This document shows positions 29,409 through 39,952 of a stretch of DNA of 64,000 nt, piece after piece. Origin of the DNA: an uncultured Chloroflexia bacterium (GTDB taxonomy: Bacteria > Chloroflexota > Anaerolineae > B4-G1 > SLSP01); assembly GCA_963751345.1 (NCBI GenBank), contig CAVVUS010000043.1:64001-128000 (forward strand). The letters are read 5' to 3'. The translations under genes and the position numbers were made by a program. How positions within the stretch are numbered: position 1 is the first letter of the stretch; every line of letters starts with the position of its first letter. The notes beneath the pieces are model-generated. The model did no database searches, was not told the DNA's origin, and saw only the letters and a program-made list of their open reading frames with translations.

Positions 29409-32400
29409 GGGGTCGTCCCGGGCGACGCATCCCCGGGAAGCAGGCTGGCGCCTGATAGCTGGTCGATCAGTTGCTGAATAGTGGCTTGCTGGCTCTCGGG
29501 TGCGATATTGAGGGCGGTCTGGGCAGCTTGGAGCGCCTCGGCGACCTGATCCAGATTCGCATAGCTGATGGCCAGCACCCGATACATCTCCCACAGCTCA
29601 CCGGACGTGGGGCAAGCTTGGATGGCGTCTTGCAGCGCCAAGGACGCCTCCTCCCACTGAGCCTCTTGCGCGAGCAACGTGCCCACGACGCGGCGAACGG
29701 TACAGTTGTCAACGATCTCCAGCGATCGCTGGTAAGCTTCGATGGCACCGGCGATATCGCCCTGCGAACTGCGAAGGTCCCCTAACAGCATCCACGTCTG
29801 ATCGAATTCGGGATCGATCTGCAGCGAGTGCGAGATAGTCTGCTGGAAGCCGACCAGATCTCCCAAATCGGCAGCATAGAGCTGGGCCAATTCATTCCAC
29901 AAAATCGGGTTGTGCGGGCTGAGCGTCAGCGCAATCTCATAGTTCTGCAGCGACTTCTGCAACAGGTTCGCACGTTTGGTCTGCAAGCTCAACTGCTGCG
30001 TTGCGTCGAGACCCTCGGCCTGCAGATCGATGGAGACTCTTGCGGCCCACGATTTGTAGAAGCGTGCGAGGTTCGCGCTGTGGTCCGTATTTAGCGGGTT
30101 GATCTGGCGCGCCTCGTTGAGCACCTGCTCGGTGTTTTCGAAGGCCATCTCCCGCTGATCCGCGGGCGTCCCATCCGGGAGGCCCTGAGCCAGCTCGAGA
30201 TAGGCCTTACCAAGGAAGAGATAATAGTAATCCTCTCTTGGCGCATACTTTATCGCACGTTCGAAGTGCTGGATACCCAGTTGCTTCTCATTGAGCACCT
30301 GGCTGTTGGCAAACACGGAGCCTTGTTTGTAGATGATGTCTGCACGAATCAGGTTGTAGCTACCATCACGTATCACGAAAAAGCCGGGCAGTAACAATAC
30401 CAGTACTGAAAGTCCTGCGATTCCTCCGGAGGCACGTGGAAGACGCTCTTCCCGCATCAGTACCCAGCCGGCCATACCCAGCAGGACGAAGATCAGCCCA
30501 TAATACCGGCCCAAGAGTCCGCTCAGGGTATCGGCAACGTCCACGACCTGGTCCATGGACGTGATCTGGATGCGCGTCAGCGCCGCTTGGTGACCGGCGA
30601 CGATACTCCCAAAGATCAGCACGCCGACCAATGAGATCCCGGCATAGGCGGCGACAGCCACCGGCCATCGGGATGCCCGATCCTGTTCGAAGAGCCCCTC
30701 ACGATCGAACTCGCTCAACCCTACCACGCCGAAGAGCACCCACGTAAAAACGAGGATCATCAAGGCGCCGTATGCCGTTGTGGGTTGAGGATAGTACTTC
30801 ATCGTCAAAGACTTGATGAAGATCTGACCGGCACTCGTGAGACGATCGGGGTTGTTGATGAAATCGAAGGCCAGCGTCCCCAACAAGAACGTGGCAGCAA
30901 GAGCCAACGCCACGACAGCCGCCATCCACGGCGAAAAAAGAGCGTCACGTCGCAAATTCGATGCGGCCCTTCCTCGTGCCGGACGTCGGGACTTCGATGC
31001 GTTGGTAGCCGCGCCGGCCACCGCCGCTTCTGCCACAGGCTGGCTCTCGGGAACCCACATGAGACCCAGAACCACCAGCAGGCCGGCATAAGCCCAGAAC
31101 GTTGTGCGCGTGGCGGCGATAGCGATTCCGAAGTTGATCTCCACAAAGTGAGCGATGACACCCGCAAGCAGCCCCATCAAGAGCAAACTGTGCGGATGCG
31201 CGCGCAAGGCATCGAGAGGATTGACCTCCGTTGATGCCGTCTCCCCGAGCGTGGGCCCTGACAGATGATGGAACCCTTGCCACGTGAGATAAGCCATCGT
31301 CCCCACCAGGATGCCCAGGGGAATAGCCACGGCAAAAAGATAGGCCCCTTCCAGACGCCACGCGATCAGGAAGAACAACACCGCAAAGAAGACATCCAAA
31401 TCGATATACAGCAGCAGTTGCTTACGAGACGAGAGAAGACCCAACCAGTGGAATCCCCAAGCGAAGAAACTCCCGAAGGTGAAGAGATAGGCTGCGAGCC
31501 CCAGGATCCCGGTGATCACCAACGAGTCCAGGGTCTCATTGTGCGAGCGATCGGGCGAGGCAGTCCGCGACTCGTAATGGCCCAACTCGGGCGGGTAGAA
31601 TGAGTTGTAGGCCACGTACATCGACTCGGGACCGTAGCCGATGAGCGGTCGAAGGGGGTTGAGATGGTCCGTTGATCCGTCCGGAAAGGTGATGGGCTTA
31701 TGCACCGAGATAAGGTCGACCGCTCCTTGCCAAATCAGGCTTCGCACTTTGCCCGTACCCGACTCCAGCTCGGTGATCTCCGTCAACCGCTTGAGGGGGG
31801 ACACCTGCCTGACCTTGTTCTGGAGGGGGCCGGGGACATTGACCAGCAGGAGGCCGAGCGCAATCGTCATGCCCACGCTACCCCAGCCAATCCAAAGCCA
31901 CTGCCAGCCTTTTCGCTCGACGATGAAATACAGCCACAGACCGCCGAAGACCAGAAGCGCGAGCCCTCCCCCAACGTAGATCTCCAACGTCCCTTCAAGC
32001 GCCCACGCGGCGAGACCCGCCAGCGCGCCTGCCAGAGCAAGACTCCCCACCCCAAACCCGAATCCCTTTAGAATCGCCAGGAGTTGGCCATCTGCGGGTC
32101 CCCCTTCGGACCGCGACTGACGTTCCAGCACAATGAGCCCGAGATACGGAAAGACGAAGGCGGAGGCAACGATACCCAACCAAGGTCCGCGGCTCTGGGA
32201 ATACCAGATGGCCAGGAGCTGCACGGCGAGGATGAAAATGTAGCCCGAAGCCCTCAATACATCGCTGACCCGCGACTCTTGCCTGCCCAGGATGTCGCCA
32301 AAGCTCTGAACGATCCGGGCAGCGGTCAGCGGGACGAGCATAATCAAGTAGGCGGCGACGAAGATCGCATTTCCCATATTCGCCGCGACCCGGCTCGTGA

Positions 32401-32911
32401 CGTCGCCGGCCCAAGGCAGTGGGTCCAAGCCATTGTGTTGGATAATGCCATAGAGGGAGACGGGGAGACTGTTGAGAATCAGGACCGTGATCAGCCGGCT
32501 GAGTTGCGCCCGCGTGCGGAGACTGGTGAGAATAGCAAAGAAGATGACGAGATAGCTGAATAGTGTATAGGTGCCCTGTAGACGTTGGTACGAGCCGACC
32601 AGGCTCGTATAGGGAACCAGGGAAGTCGCGGTGCTCACCAAATAGACCAGCATCGTCAGCAGGGCGGGTAACACCAGCGGCGTCTGCACCGAGAAGCGGA
32701 GGGCACGCTCGCCATGAATCCGTTCTTCCACGAGGCGAACCAACCAAAGTATTGCCATGATGAGGGCAAGTGACCTCAGCGTGGTCAATTTGTCGGGCTC
32801 GAAGACACGGCTGGAATAGACATTGAAAAATATGGGGGTGATCGTAACCGCCAGCAGCCAGCCGACTTCCAGCGCGCTGTCACAAAACTGACTAAGCCGA
32901 GATGACTTCAT
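29405..32911 (-). CDS. large O-antigen ligase/O-oligosaccharyltransferase-like (Wzy_C) membrane protein with C-terminal TPRs
   Basis: Many TM helices; 'SQSRGPW', 'R..IW', 'GYGPE', 'DRSHN'; TPR-like repeats in the last ~300 aa. Confidence 0.8.
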   Translation of the reverse strand: MKSSRLSQFCDSALEVGWLLAVTITPIFFNVYSSRVFEPDKLTTLRSLALIMAILWLVRLVEERIHGERALRFSVQTPLVLPALLTMLVYLVSTATSLVPYTSLVGSYQRLQGTYTLFSYLVIFFAILTSLRTRAQLSRLITVLILNSLPVSLYGIIQHNGLDPLPWAGDVTSRVAANMGNAIFVAAYLIMLVPLTAARIVQSFGDILGRQESRVSDVLRASGYIFILAVQLLAIWYSQSRGPWLGIVASAFVFPYLGLIVLERQSRSEGGPADGQLLAILKGFGFGVGSLALAGALAGLAAWALEGTLEIYVGGGLALLVFGGLWLYFIVERKGWQWLWIGWGSVGMTIALGLLLVNVPGPLQNKVRQVSPLKRLTEITELESGTGKVRSLIWQGAVDLISVHKPITFPDGSTDHLNPLRPLIGYGPESMYVAYNSFYPPELGHYESRTASPDRSHNETLDSLVITGILGLAAYLFTFGSFFAWGFHWLGLLSSRKQLLLYIDLDVFFAVLFFLIAWRLEGAYLFAVAIPLGILVGTMAYLTWQGFHHLSGPTLGETASTEVNPLDALRAHPHSLLLMGLLAGVIAHFVEINFGIAIAATRTTFWAYAGLLVVLGLMWVPESQPVAEAAVAGAATNASKSRRPARGRAASNLRRDALFSPWMAAVVALALAATFLLGTLAFDFINNPDRLTSAGQIFIKSLTMKYYPQPTTAYGALMILVFTWVLFGVVGLSEFDREGLFEQDRASRWPVAVAAYAGISLVGVLIFGSIVAGHQAALTRIQITSMDQVVDVADTLSGLLGRYYGLIFVLLGMAGWVLMREERLPRASGGIAGLSVLVLLLPGFFVIRDGSYNLIRADIIYKQGSVFANSQVLNEKQLGIQHFERAIKYAPREDYYYLFLGKAYLELAQGLPDGTPADQREMAFENTEQVLNEARQINPLNTDHSANLARFYKSWAARVSIDLQAEGLDATQQLSLQTKRANLLQKSLQNYEIALTLSPHNPILWNELAQLYAADLGDLVGFQQTISHSLQIDPEFDQTWMLLGDLRSSQGDIAGAIEAYQRSLEIVDNCTVRRVVGTLLAQEAQWEEASLALQDAIQACPTSGELWEMYRVLAISYANLDQVAEALQAAQTALNIAPESQQATIQQLIDQLSGASLLPGDASPGTTP

Positions 32912-33119
32912 TGCAATACTCCTTGAACCACCGAACCATCATCCGCGATCCCAATTCAGTTGGAAAGGTGGTCCGAACCCATAAAATCCGGCACCATGGC
33001 CCGACAGGATTATATGCTCTAATGATCAAACGGGGCAATTTTATCGTCAGGCGGCGCTGTAACCTTCATATTACCCAAGCAGCACAAGAATGCAATACTT
33101 GCCTGCGAAGGATCCGACC

Positions 33120-34493
33120 CTAGGCCACCAACAACACCATGAGATCGTTCACGTTCGTCCCTGTGGGCCCGATCCGCAGCAAATCCCCAATATCGTCAAG
33201 CAAAGGATAGGCATCGTTATTCCGCAGCGCCACGAGCGGGTCGAGGCCCCGAGCGCGAGCGCGCCTGGCTGTATCACCATCTATGATCGCTCCGGCGGCA
33301 TCCGTAGGCCCATCCGTCCCATCGGTGGCCAGTGCCAGGAGTGCGACCCCTTCCACACCCTCCAGATGGATCGCAGCCGAGAGGGCTAGCTCTTGATTCC
33401 GGCCTCCTTTGCCCGTTCCGCGCACGGTGACAGTGGTCTCGCCACCCCAAACGATGCAGGCGGGCAACGATACAGGCTGAGATCGTGACCGGAGCTCCTT
33501 CGCGAGAGCGACGGCGACTTTGGCCACCTCGCGTGCTTCGCCCTCGACAAAGGTTGTAAGCATCAGGCTGTGATAGCCGAGGTTCCGTGCGTAGCCGGCC
33601 GCCGCCTCTGCAGCCAGCGCGTTGGAGCCCACGATGACATTGGTGACCCGATCAAAGATCACGTCGCCGGGTTTAGGCGTCTCAGGGAAAGCACCGCGCG
33701 TCCCCGCTGCGAGATAGGCAGCGACGGACGGAGGCACCTGATCTTCCAGACCATAGCGAGTGAGGACCGCCAGCGCACCATCATACGTCGTAGGATCCGG
33801 ACACGTAGGTCCGGACGCGATGACGTCCAGAGGGTCACCGACGACGTCGGAGAGAATCAGCGCGATCACCGAAGCAGGAGAGGCGAGCCGCGCTAACTGC
33901 CCACCCTTGAGCAGCGATAGGTGCTTGCGCACAGTGTTGACCTCGACAATCGTGGCGCCGGCGCGGAGCAGGAGATTGGTCGTCTCCTGCAGGTCCTGCA
34001 GATCCAGACCCGGCACAGGCGAGGGGGAAAGCGCGGAGCCACCACCCGACAGCAGGAGCAGTACGAGATCCTCCGAGGTCGTCTGCTGCAGGAGATCGAT
34101 CATCCTGCGGCTTGCGCGTAGGCCGGACTCATCCGGAATCGGGTGGCCCGCCTCGATCACCTCCAGCGTCGCAGGCAGAGATCGCCCCGTCACGTGCCCG
34201 TACTTGGTAACCACGATACCGCCGGAAAGGCGGTTGCCCAGCACGGCAGCCGCAGCCGCAGCCATGGGTTCAGCAGCCTTGCCCACAGCCACAATCCATA
34301 CGTGGCCGTCAGGTGCGTCGATCTGTAGCTCCCGCTCATCGTCGACACACAGGACATTTCCATCACGACGAAAATGCCGCTCGACGGCATCGTAGGGATC
34401 GACGGCACCAAGCGCGGCGCGCTGGATAGCAGCCAGATCCGCGCGAAGATTCCTGGTCTGCGAATCTTGATGGGGAGACATGTCGGGGGTCAC
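33120..34493 (-). CDS. glycerate 2-kinase (MOFRL family)
   Basis: 'GKAA', 'AGHPIPD', 'SGGGSAL', 'GGETTV', 'GGRNQE', 'TDGTDG', 'TGTNVND'. Confidence 0.93.
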   Translation of the reverse strand: MTPDMSPHQDSQTRNLRADLAAIQRAALGAVDPYDAVERHFRRDGNVLCVDDERELQIDAPDGHVWIVAVGKAAEPMAAAAAAVLGNRLSGGIVVTKYGHVTGRSLPATLEVIEAGHPIPDESGLRASRRMIDLLQQTTSEDLVLLLLSGGGSALSPSPVPGLDLQDLQETTNLLLRAGATIVEVNTVRKHLSLLKGGQLARLASPASVIALILSDVVGDPLDVIASGPTCPDPTTYDGALAVLTRYGLEDQVPPSVAAYLAAGTRGAFPETPKPGDVIFDRVTNVIVGSNALAAEAAAGYARNLGYHSLMLTTFVEGEAREVAKVAVALAKELRSRSQPVSLPACIVWGGETTVTVRGTGKGGRNQELALSAAIHLEGVEGVALLALATDGTDGPTDAAGAIIDGDTARRARARGLDPLVALRNNDAYPLLDDIGDLLRIGPTGTNVNDLMVLLVA

Positions 34494-35845
34494 CGCCTTA
34501 GGTTGGTCAGGGCCTGACTTGCAGCCGCCTCGGGTGACACCACGTCTTGCAGAAGCAAGGCTGTGAGCCCTGCCTGCAGAGCGCGCCTCACCGTCTGATC
34601 CACGGCGGGAGAGAGCACCTGAACACTGTTAGCAAGCAGCTCGTTGAGAAAGTCAGTTGCCTCCGGGGAGAGAGAGTAGGCCTCGATGGCCTGGCGCCTT
34701 GTGGGCACCATCTCAGCCGCACGCGTGAGATCGGCCATATGCTGTGCGGAGACGAGCCAGCGTATCAGACCCAGGGCCACCTCGCGGCGAGCCGGATCGT
34801 CTGTCACAATCGCCAACCCCCACGTGTGCAAGATTGTCATAGGGGATCCTTGCGCAGTGGGCACCCAGGTGGGCGAAGACGGCCTGACGTCAGCATTCGC
34901 GCTGCCAGACGCGAGCCAATACGTCCCTGCCGGGACAGGTGTCAGTTGCCCTGCACCTTCCTGGAATCGAGCCCAGCAGGCGGCGGCATCTGGGAGTCCC
35001 AGGACCGTCTCAGTGTCCAACCACCCCGCGTCACGCATCTCCCAGAAAAAGCCGTAGACGTATTCGAGGCTGGTTCGATCCAACGTAGCCTGCCCGCCTT
35101 GATCCACGACACGACCTCCCGATCCGAGGTACATGGCGAGCAGGGCGTCGTCGGCTATGCCATCCGGAGGGGCACCGGGAAAGAGCATCTGGTAGCTCCC
35201 ACTCAAGACGGCCGTCCAGGAAATAGGTGCCGTCTCGGAGAGAATGGGTGAATACGCCATTTGCTCAGCCTCTGCAACGTACGGAAAGGCCCATAGCCCT
35301 TGAGCCGTCGTGACGGCGCCCAACGCCGTTGCGAAGTAGCCCGAATCCGAGGGCAGGGCATCATCCATGGGTAGAATCAGACCCGCGTCGGCGGCGGCAA
35401 CCAAATCATACTGGTTCAAAAGAATCACATCAGGGAGCACGGTAGGAGCGACTTCGGCGGCCGTGGTGATGAGATTGAGAATTCCGCCGGCACCCGTGTC
35501 CTTCTTTGCACTTATCTGCACGTCGACATTCGGCGAGGTATCGGCGAAATTCCGGACCTGGGCATTGAGAACCTCGGCAACAGCCGTGTCCGCGTCGGGA
35601 TTCAGGAACTCGGGCACCCAGAACTGCAGTGTCAAGATCTGTGACGCAGGGGTAGCCGTCATCTCAGGCGTCGCAGTCGGCGCTGGAGTAGGCGTGGAAG
35701 CTGGTGTTGCCGTGGGCTGCCCGGTAGGTTGGCCAAGAAAGGGCAAAGGGAGGTTCGGCACCCACGAGCATCCGGTCAGCAGACTGAGACAGACCAGCAG
35801 ACATCCGCTTATGCGCACGACTGACCACCTGTTAGAGCCCCTCAT
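34490..35845 (-). CDS. extracellular solute-binding lipoprotein (sugar-type), no adjacent permease
   Basis: Lipobox 'LTGC', P/T linker, 'LPDVI', 'WGLAI', SBP_bac_1-like layout. Confidence 0.75.
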   Translation of the reverse strand: MRGSNRWSVVRISGCLLVCLSLLTGCSWVPNLPLPFLGQPTGQPTATPASTPTPAPTATPEMTATPASQILTLQFWVPEFLNPDADTAVAEVLNAQVRNFADTSPNVDVQISAKKDTGAGGILNLITTAAEVAPTVLPDVILLNQYDLVAAADAGLILPMDDALPSDSGYFATALGAVTTAQGLWAFPYVAEAEQMAYSPILSETAPISWTAVLSGSYQMLFPGAPPDGIADDALLAMYLGSGGRVVDQGGQATLDRTSLEYVYGFFWEMRDAGWLDTETVLGLPDAAACWARFQEGAGQLTPVPAGTYWLASGSANADVRPSSPTWVPTAQGSPMTILHTWGLAIVTDDPARREVALGLIRWLVSAQHMADLTRAAEMVPTRRQAIEAYSLSPEATDFLNELLANSVQVLSPAVDQTVRRALQAGLTALLLQDVVSPEAAASQALTNLRR

Positions 35846-35901
35846 TACCTTACCTCGCTCAAGACCTCGCCTCAAGATCCGAACGCCTCAAGAAAGCCCA
35901 A

Positions 35902-37062
35902 CTATGGCATGGGCGTGTTGCCCGTGTAGTTCTGGACCATAGTGTAAATCGGACGGACCTGAAATTCCGGCGTGACGAACGCATAGTAGTCTCGATAACT
36001 GTGCAGTGTCTGGGGGGTACGGAACATCCACATAGCTACCACCGGACACCAAGGCCACCGTTCGGCGGCCCATTCATACGCATCGAGCGTATACTGCACG
36101 CGTTGGGCGGGACGAACCGCCCAGGACCACCGCGGATGGTCATTCCAACCGGCCTCGGTCACGTAGATCGCTTTTTGGTCATCACCATTGAGATCCATGA
36201 TCTCCCGCAGGAGCTCAACACGACGGAAGTTGAGTAAGTCTTCCGCAGGCGGCACCTCCGGTGCAAACGCCAGTCCATAGGCATGCGCCGCCAACGCATC
36301 GAAATAGGGAGCGGCCCCGGCATCATACATCCGGCGAAGATAATCGAGATCGTCGAGTCCTGCGGGGCTGCCCTCCGGTTCGAGCGTGGGGGCCAGAGCC
36401 CCTCCGAGGACGATCATTTCCGGATCGGCCCGGTGCACCTCCGGGGTGACGGCCCGTAGCAGGTCCGTGTACGCCACAGGATCCACCGGCTGGTATCCCC
36501 ATTCAAAGCTCAGATTCGGCTCGTTCCAGATGATAATGTGATGGACGGTCGCGTGATACCGGTCGACGAAGGCGACCACGAAGCGTGCAAAGTCGTCGTA
36601 GTGTTCACGATCGAGGTAAGTCGAGGTCGTCTCCATCTCATCGGCGTCGGGTCGAGCCCAATCCGGCACCATTCCCAGGCGGGCAATGACCTGCAGGCCC
36701 TGGTTCGCAGCATTCTCGATGACCGTATCGCTGTGCTCCCAGTTGAACTCGCCGGGGCTTGACTCGATATAGGCCCACGGGAAGTACTCGACAATCCAGG
36801 GCGATCCCATCTCGCGGACCATGGCCAGGGAGCGCTGGATCTTCCACGTCTCGACCTCATCCGTGAGCCGCGTATGGACCGCCACCTTGGAATTCGTCGT
36901 ATGAACTGCCTGGGGCGCCGGAAGAGGAACCACGACGTCCGCCGGCCTCAGGACCCAAGCCGTGAGCCCAAGTGCGACAATGGCAGGCCAGCGGTACAGA
37001 AGCCACGCAAAGATCTGCGCCGGGAAGGCTGAAAGAAGATCCCTTGTCCCCACATACCCCAT
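35902..37062 (-). CDS. clan GH-A glycoside hydrolase (GH5/GH39-like), membrane-anchored; start uncertain
   Basis: Acid/base 'WNEPN', 'AAHAY', nucleophile 'VTEAGW'. Confidence 0.8.
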   Translation of the reverse strand: MGYVGTRDLLSAFPAQIFAWLLYRWPAIVALGLTAWVLRPADVVVPLPAPQAVHTTNSKVAVHTRLTDEVETWKIQRSLAMVREMGSPWIVEYFPWAYIESSPGEFNWEHSDTVIENAANQGLQVIARLGMVPDWARPDADEMETTSTYLDREHYDDFARFVVAFVDRYHATVHHIIIWNEPNLSFEWGYQPVDPVAYTDLLRAVTPEVHRADPEMIVLGGALAPTLEPEGSPAGLDDLDYLRRMYDAGAAPYFDALAAHAYGLAFAPEVPPAEDLLNFRRVELLREIMDLNGDDQKAIYVTEAGWNDHPRWSWAVRPAQRVQYTLDAYEWAAERWPWCPVVAMWMFRTPQTLHSYRDYYAFVTPEFQVRPIYTMVQNYTGNTPMP

Positions 37063-37077
37063 GATTATAATCAAAGT

Positions 37078-37815
37078 GTGGAAAGTCCAGTCTCGCTACT
37101 CGACACGCCTGATGTCTTCATCCGTCATCTGAAACAGGCTCTGCAACAGCCTCTGCCCGGAGTGGATGCCCAGAATGAAATGGCCCCGGCCCTGCGGCAG
37201 TCGCAGCCTCGCCCTACAGATCATCCTCGACAGTCTGCCGTGCTGGAATTGCTCCACCTGACACCTGAAGGCATAAGCCTGATCTTCACAGCGCGCCCTG
37301 TCTACCTGAAGCATCACGGGGGACAAATCTCCTTCCCGGGCGGCGGGCTTGAGGAGATCGATGCTACCTATTCGGACACGGCGCTTCGTGAGACAGAGGA
37401 GGAACTCGGAATTGGGACTCGTGATGTAGAGATACTGGGCAAGCTAACGCCCTTGTTCATCGCCCCCAGCCAGAACCTCGTTCATCCTTACGTCGGCTGG
37501 CTTCCGCATCTTCCCCCTCTCCATCCTGACCCGGCGGAGGTGGCTTCCGTGGTCACGGTCTCACTCGTCCGGCTGCTGGATCCAAGCACACTGGGCGTCT
37601 ATCATTGGCGGCGAGACGGACAGGAACTCGTCGCTCCCAGCTATCGCATCGGACAGTCCTCAATATGGGGTGCCACGGCTATGATGCTGAGTGAACTGCT
37701 GGCAGTGATTCGGCACCTGATCTCACGACACCGCCAACAGCGAAAGCCCCGAACACCCATCCTGAGAGGGGCTAGACGAGGCGCCCCACGAGATCGTACG
37801 GGAGCCCTTCGGTAA
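37078..37815 (+). CDS. Nudix hydrolase, CoA pyrophosphatase type
   Basis: 'HGGQISFPGG', Nudix box 'TALRETEEELG', 'IWGATA'. Confidence 0.92.
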   Translation: MESPVSLLDTPDVFIRHLKQALQQPLPGVDAQNEMAPALRQSQPRPTDHPRQSAVLELLHLTPEGISLIFTARPVYLKHHGGQISFPGGGLEEIDATYSDTALRETEEELGIGTRDVEILGKLTPLFIAPSQNLVHPYVGWLPHLPPLHPDPAEVASVVTVSLVRLLDPSTLGVYHWRRDGQELVAPSYRIGQSSIWGATAMMLSELLAVIRHLISRHRQQRKPRTPILRGARRGAPRDRTGALR

Positions 37816-39133
37816 TCTCCACCGTCACGATCCGGTGCGGCGCGACGACTTCAGGGACCAACACGAGCCCGTCAATCTCGGGAGCATCCCGATACGACCG
37901 GCCGACCGTCATATCATCCCCAGTACCCTCCAGTAACACGGAGAGCCGTCGCCCAACAAATGCCTGGTTCTTTGCGTACGAGATCTCCTGCTGCATTGTC
38001 ATGACCCGATCGTAACGGGCCTCTTTCACTTCGGGAGGCACATCGTCCGCCATGTCCGCCGCTGCCGTTCCGGACTCGTGTGAATAGGCAAATACACCCA
38101 AGCGATCGAACTGCATCTCCTCCACGAAACCCAATAGGGCCTCAAACTCAGCATCGGTCTCCCCGGGGAAACCCACAATCATCGTCGTCCGGAGCGCAAT
38201 ATCCGGCATCGCTGTGCGCAACGCATCCAGCGTCCTTCGTACTTGACCGACGTCGGCAGGGCGACGCATACGCCGAAGCACATCCGGATGCGCGTGCTGA
38301 AGAGGAATATCTACGTAGGGTAGAACTTGGGGCGTGTCTCGGACGACGGCAATCAGCCGCGGCGTGATGAAGCCCGGAAATGTATAGAGCACACGGATCC
38401 ACGGCACATCCGGCACGGCGCTCGCAAGTTCCTCGAGCAGGTGCGCCAGCCCATCCCGCATCCCCAGATCCGTTCCGTAGTAGGTGGAGTCCTGGGCGAT
38501 GAGGTTGATCTCCAGGACGCCGTGATCCCGAAGCTGCCGGGCATCCGCCACGATAGCATTGAGATCGCGGCTGACGGCGCGCCCCTTGATCGCCGGAATA
38601 GCACAGAACGCACATTGCCGGCTGCAGCCCTCGGCGATCTTGAGAAACGCGCTCGGCCCCGATATCACATAGCCTGGCGCCCCGGCGTCCTCGGGCATGG
38701 CGGCGAGGCGCTCCTCGATCAGCTTCAGCGTGGAACCACGGGGCGACGATAGTAGCTCGGACGCCAGGGGCACGATCTCGGTCCACGAGCGAGTTCCCAG
38801 CAGTGCATCCACGCGAGGGACCGCCGTCCGGATGGTCTCAGGATCTCGCTGCGCCCAACATCCGGCCGCAATCAATCGCTGATGGGGTGTCAGGGCACCG
38901 GCTAGGTCCTCCAGAGTCTCCAACGATTCCGAACGCGCCAATTCAATGAAGCCACAGGTATTGACGATGACCAGATCAGCCTCGTCCGCGGTCAAGGTCG
39001 CCTCATATCCGGATCGCTGCAGGAGAACCGCCATCGCATTGGAGTCCACCGTATTCTTTGGGCACCCTAGCGATGCGATATAAAAACGAAGGGGGCGCTG
39101 AGCGCCCCCGGATCTGTTCGAAGGTCGATTCAA
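37772..39133 (-). CDS. rimO: ribosomal protein S12 methylthiotransferase RimO
   Basis: 'SLGCPKNTVDS', 'NTCGFI', radical SAM 'CSRQCAFC', TRAM 'DAPEIDG'; TTG start at 39133 with GGAGG. Confidence 0.93.
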   Translation of the reverse strand: MNRPSNRSGGAQRPLRFYIASLGCPKNTVDSNAMAVLLQRSGYEATLTADEADLVIVNTCGFIELARSESLETLEDLAGALTPHQRLIAAGCWAQRDPETIRTAVPRVDALLGTRSWTEIVPLASELLSSPRGSTLKLIEERLAAMPEDAGAPGYVISGPSAFLKIAEGCSRQCAFCAIPAIKGRAVSRDLNAIVADARQLRDHGVLEINLIAQDSTYYGTDLGMRDGLAHLLEELASAVPDVPWIRVLYTFPGFITPRLIAVVRDTPQVLPYVDIPLQHAHPDVLRRMRRPADVGQVRRTLDALRTAMPDIALRTTMIVGFPGETDAEFEALLGFVEEMQFDRLGVFAYSHESGTAAADMADDVPPEVKEARYDRVMTMQQEISYAKNQAFVGRRLSVLLEGTGDDMTVGRSYRDAPEIDGLVLVPEVVAPHRIVTVEITEGLPYDLVGRLV

Positions 39134-39952
39134 GAGCCCTCCAATGACGTTTCCCCTTGCGGTGTCCAGGCTCGGCGCACGATCTCTCCCTGTCCGCCCA
39201 ACGTTCCCCAATCTGTTCCATTCACGTACAACTGAAACGCTCCCCCATTACCTGTGGAGACGATCACAATCTCACTTGCCGTCGCCTGGATGACCTGCTC
39301 AGGATCGGCCATCCCCTGAAAAACGACACTCTCGTCGGCAGAAACACTGACCCACGCGTGGCTTAAGGGCACCAACCTGATAGCTTACGGTTCCGTCTGC
39401 AGAGATCGGGAAACTGGGCGTGGACTGCGGGGTGGCAAGAGATGTGATTTGTGCGGTAGCTGTCGGCGTCAGCCGTGGTGTCGGAACCGGCGCCCCTGCC
39501 GCGAGGCCCTGACCAAACTGCAGCCAGGCCAAACTGGCCAAAGCTACCAGTCCGAAAAAGACGATAACCACCACCAAGAGTTTGATGAGTCCGTTCGAGG
39601 AATTTGCCAGCACAGCAGCCCGCTCTTCCTCGACGGAGGGGGCCGGAGGCGCCCAGGTGCGCGGGCCGGCCCGATTCGGCACCTCGATCTCCGGAATCCG
39701 CGGCTGCACTGGGAGGCCGCGAACCTCGGCGTCATAGCGAGCCAGAGCCTCCTCCGTCGGCAGTCCCAGGTAGCGGGCATAGTTTCGAAGAAAGCCGCGC
39801 GCCTGAATCGGTCCGGGGAGTGCCTCATAGTCACCCAGCTCGAGCGCCTGAAGGTAACGGCGTCGGATCCGTAAAGCGCGGACGACATCCTCCAGATCCA
39901 CCTTCCGCGTCTCGCGCGAGCGACGGAGCCAGACACCCAAACTATCGGTCAT
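39130..39952 (-). CDS. rodZ: RodZ-like HTH/DUF4115 protein (frameshift near 39378)
   Basis: N-terminal HTH 'RGFLRNYARYLGL', one TM, C-terminal 'AWVSV..D', 'GNGG...VNG'. Confidence 0.85.
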
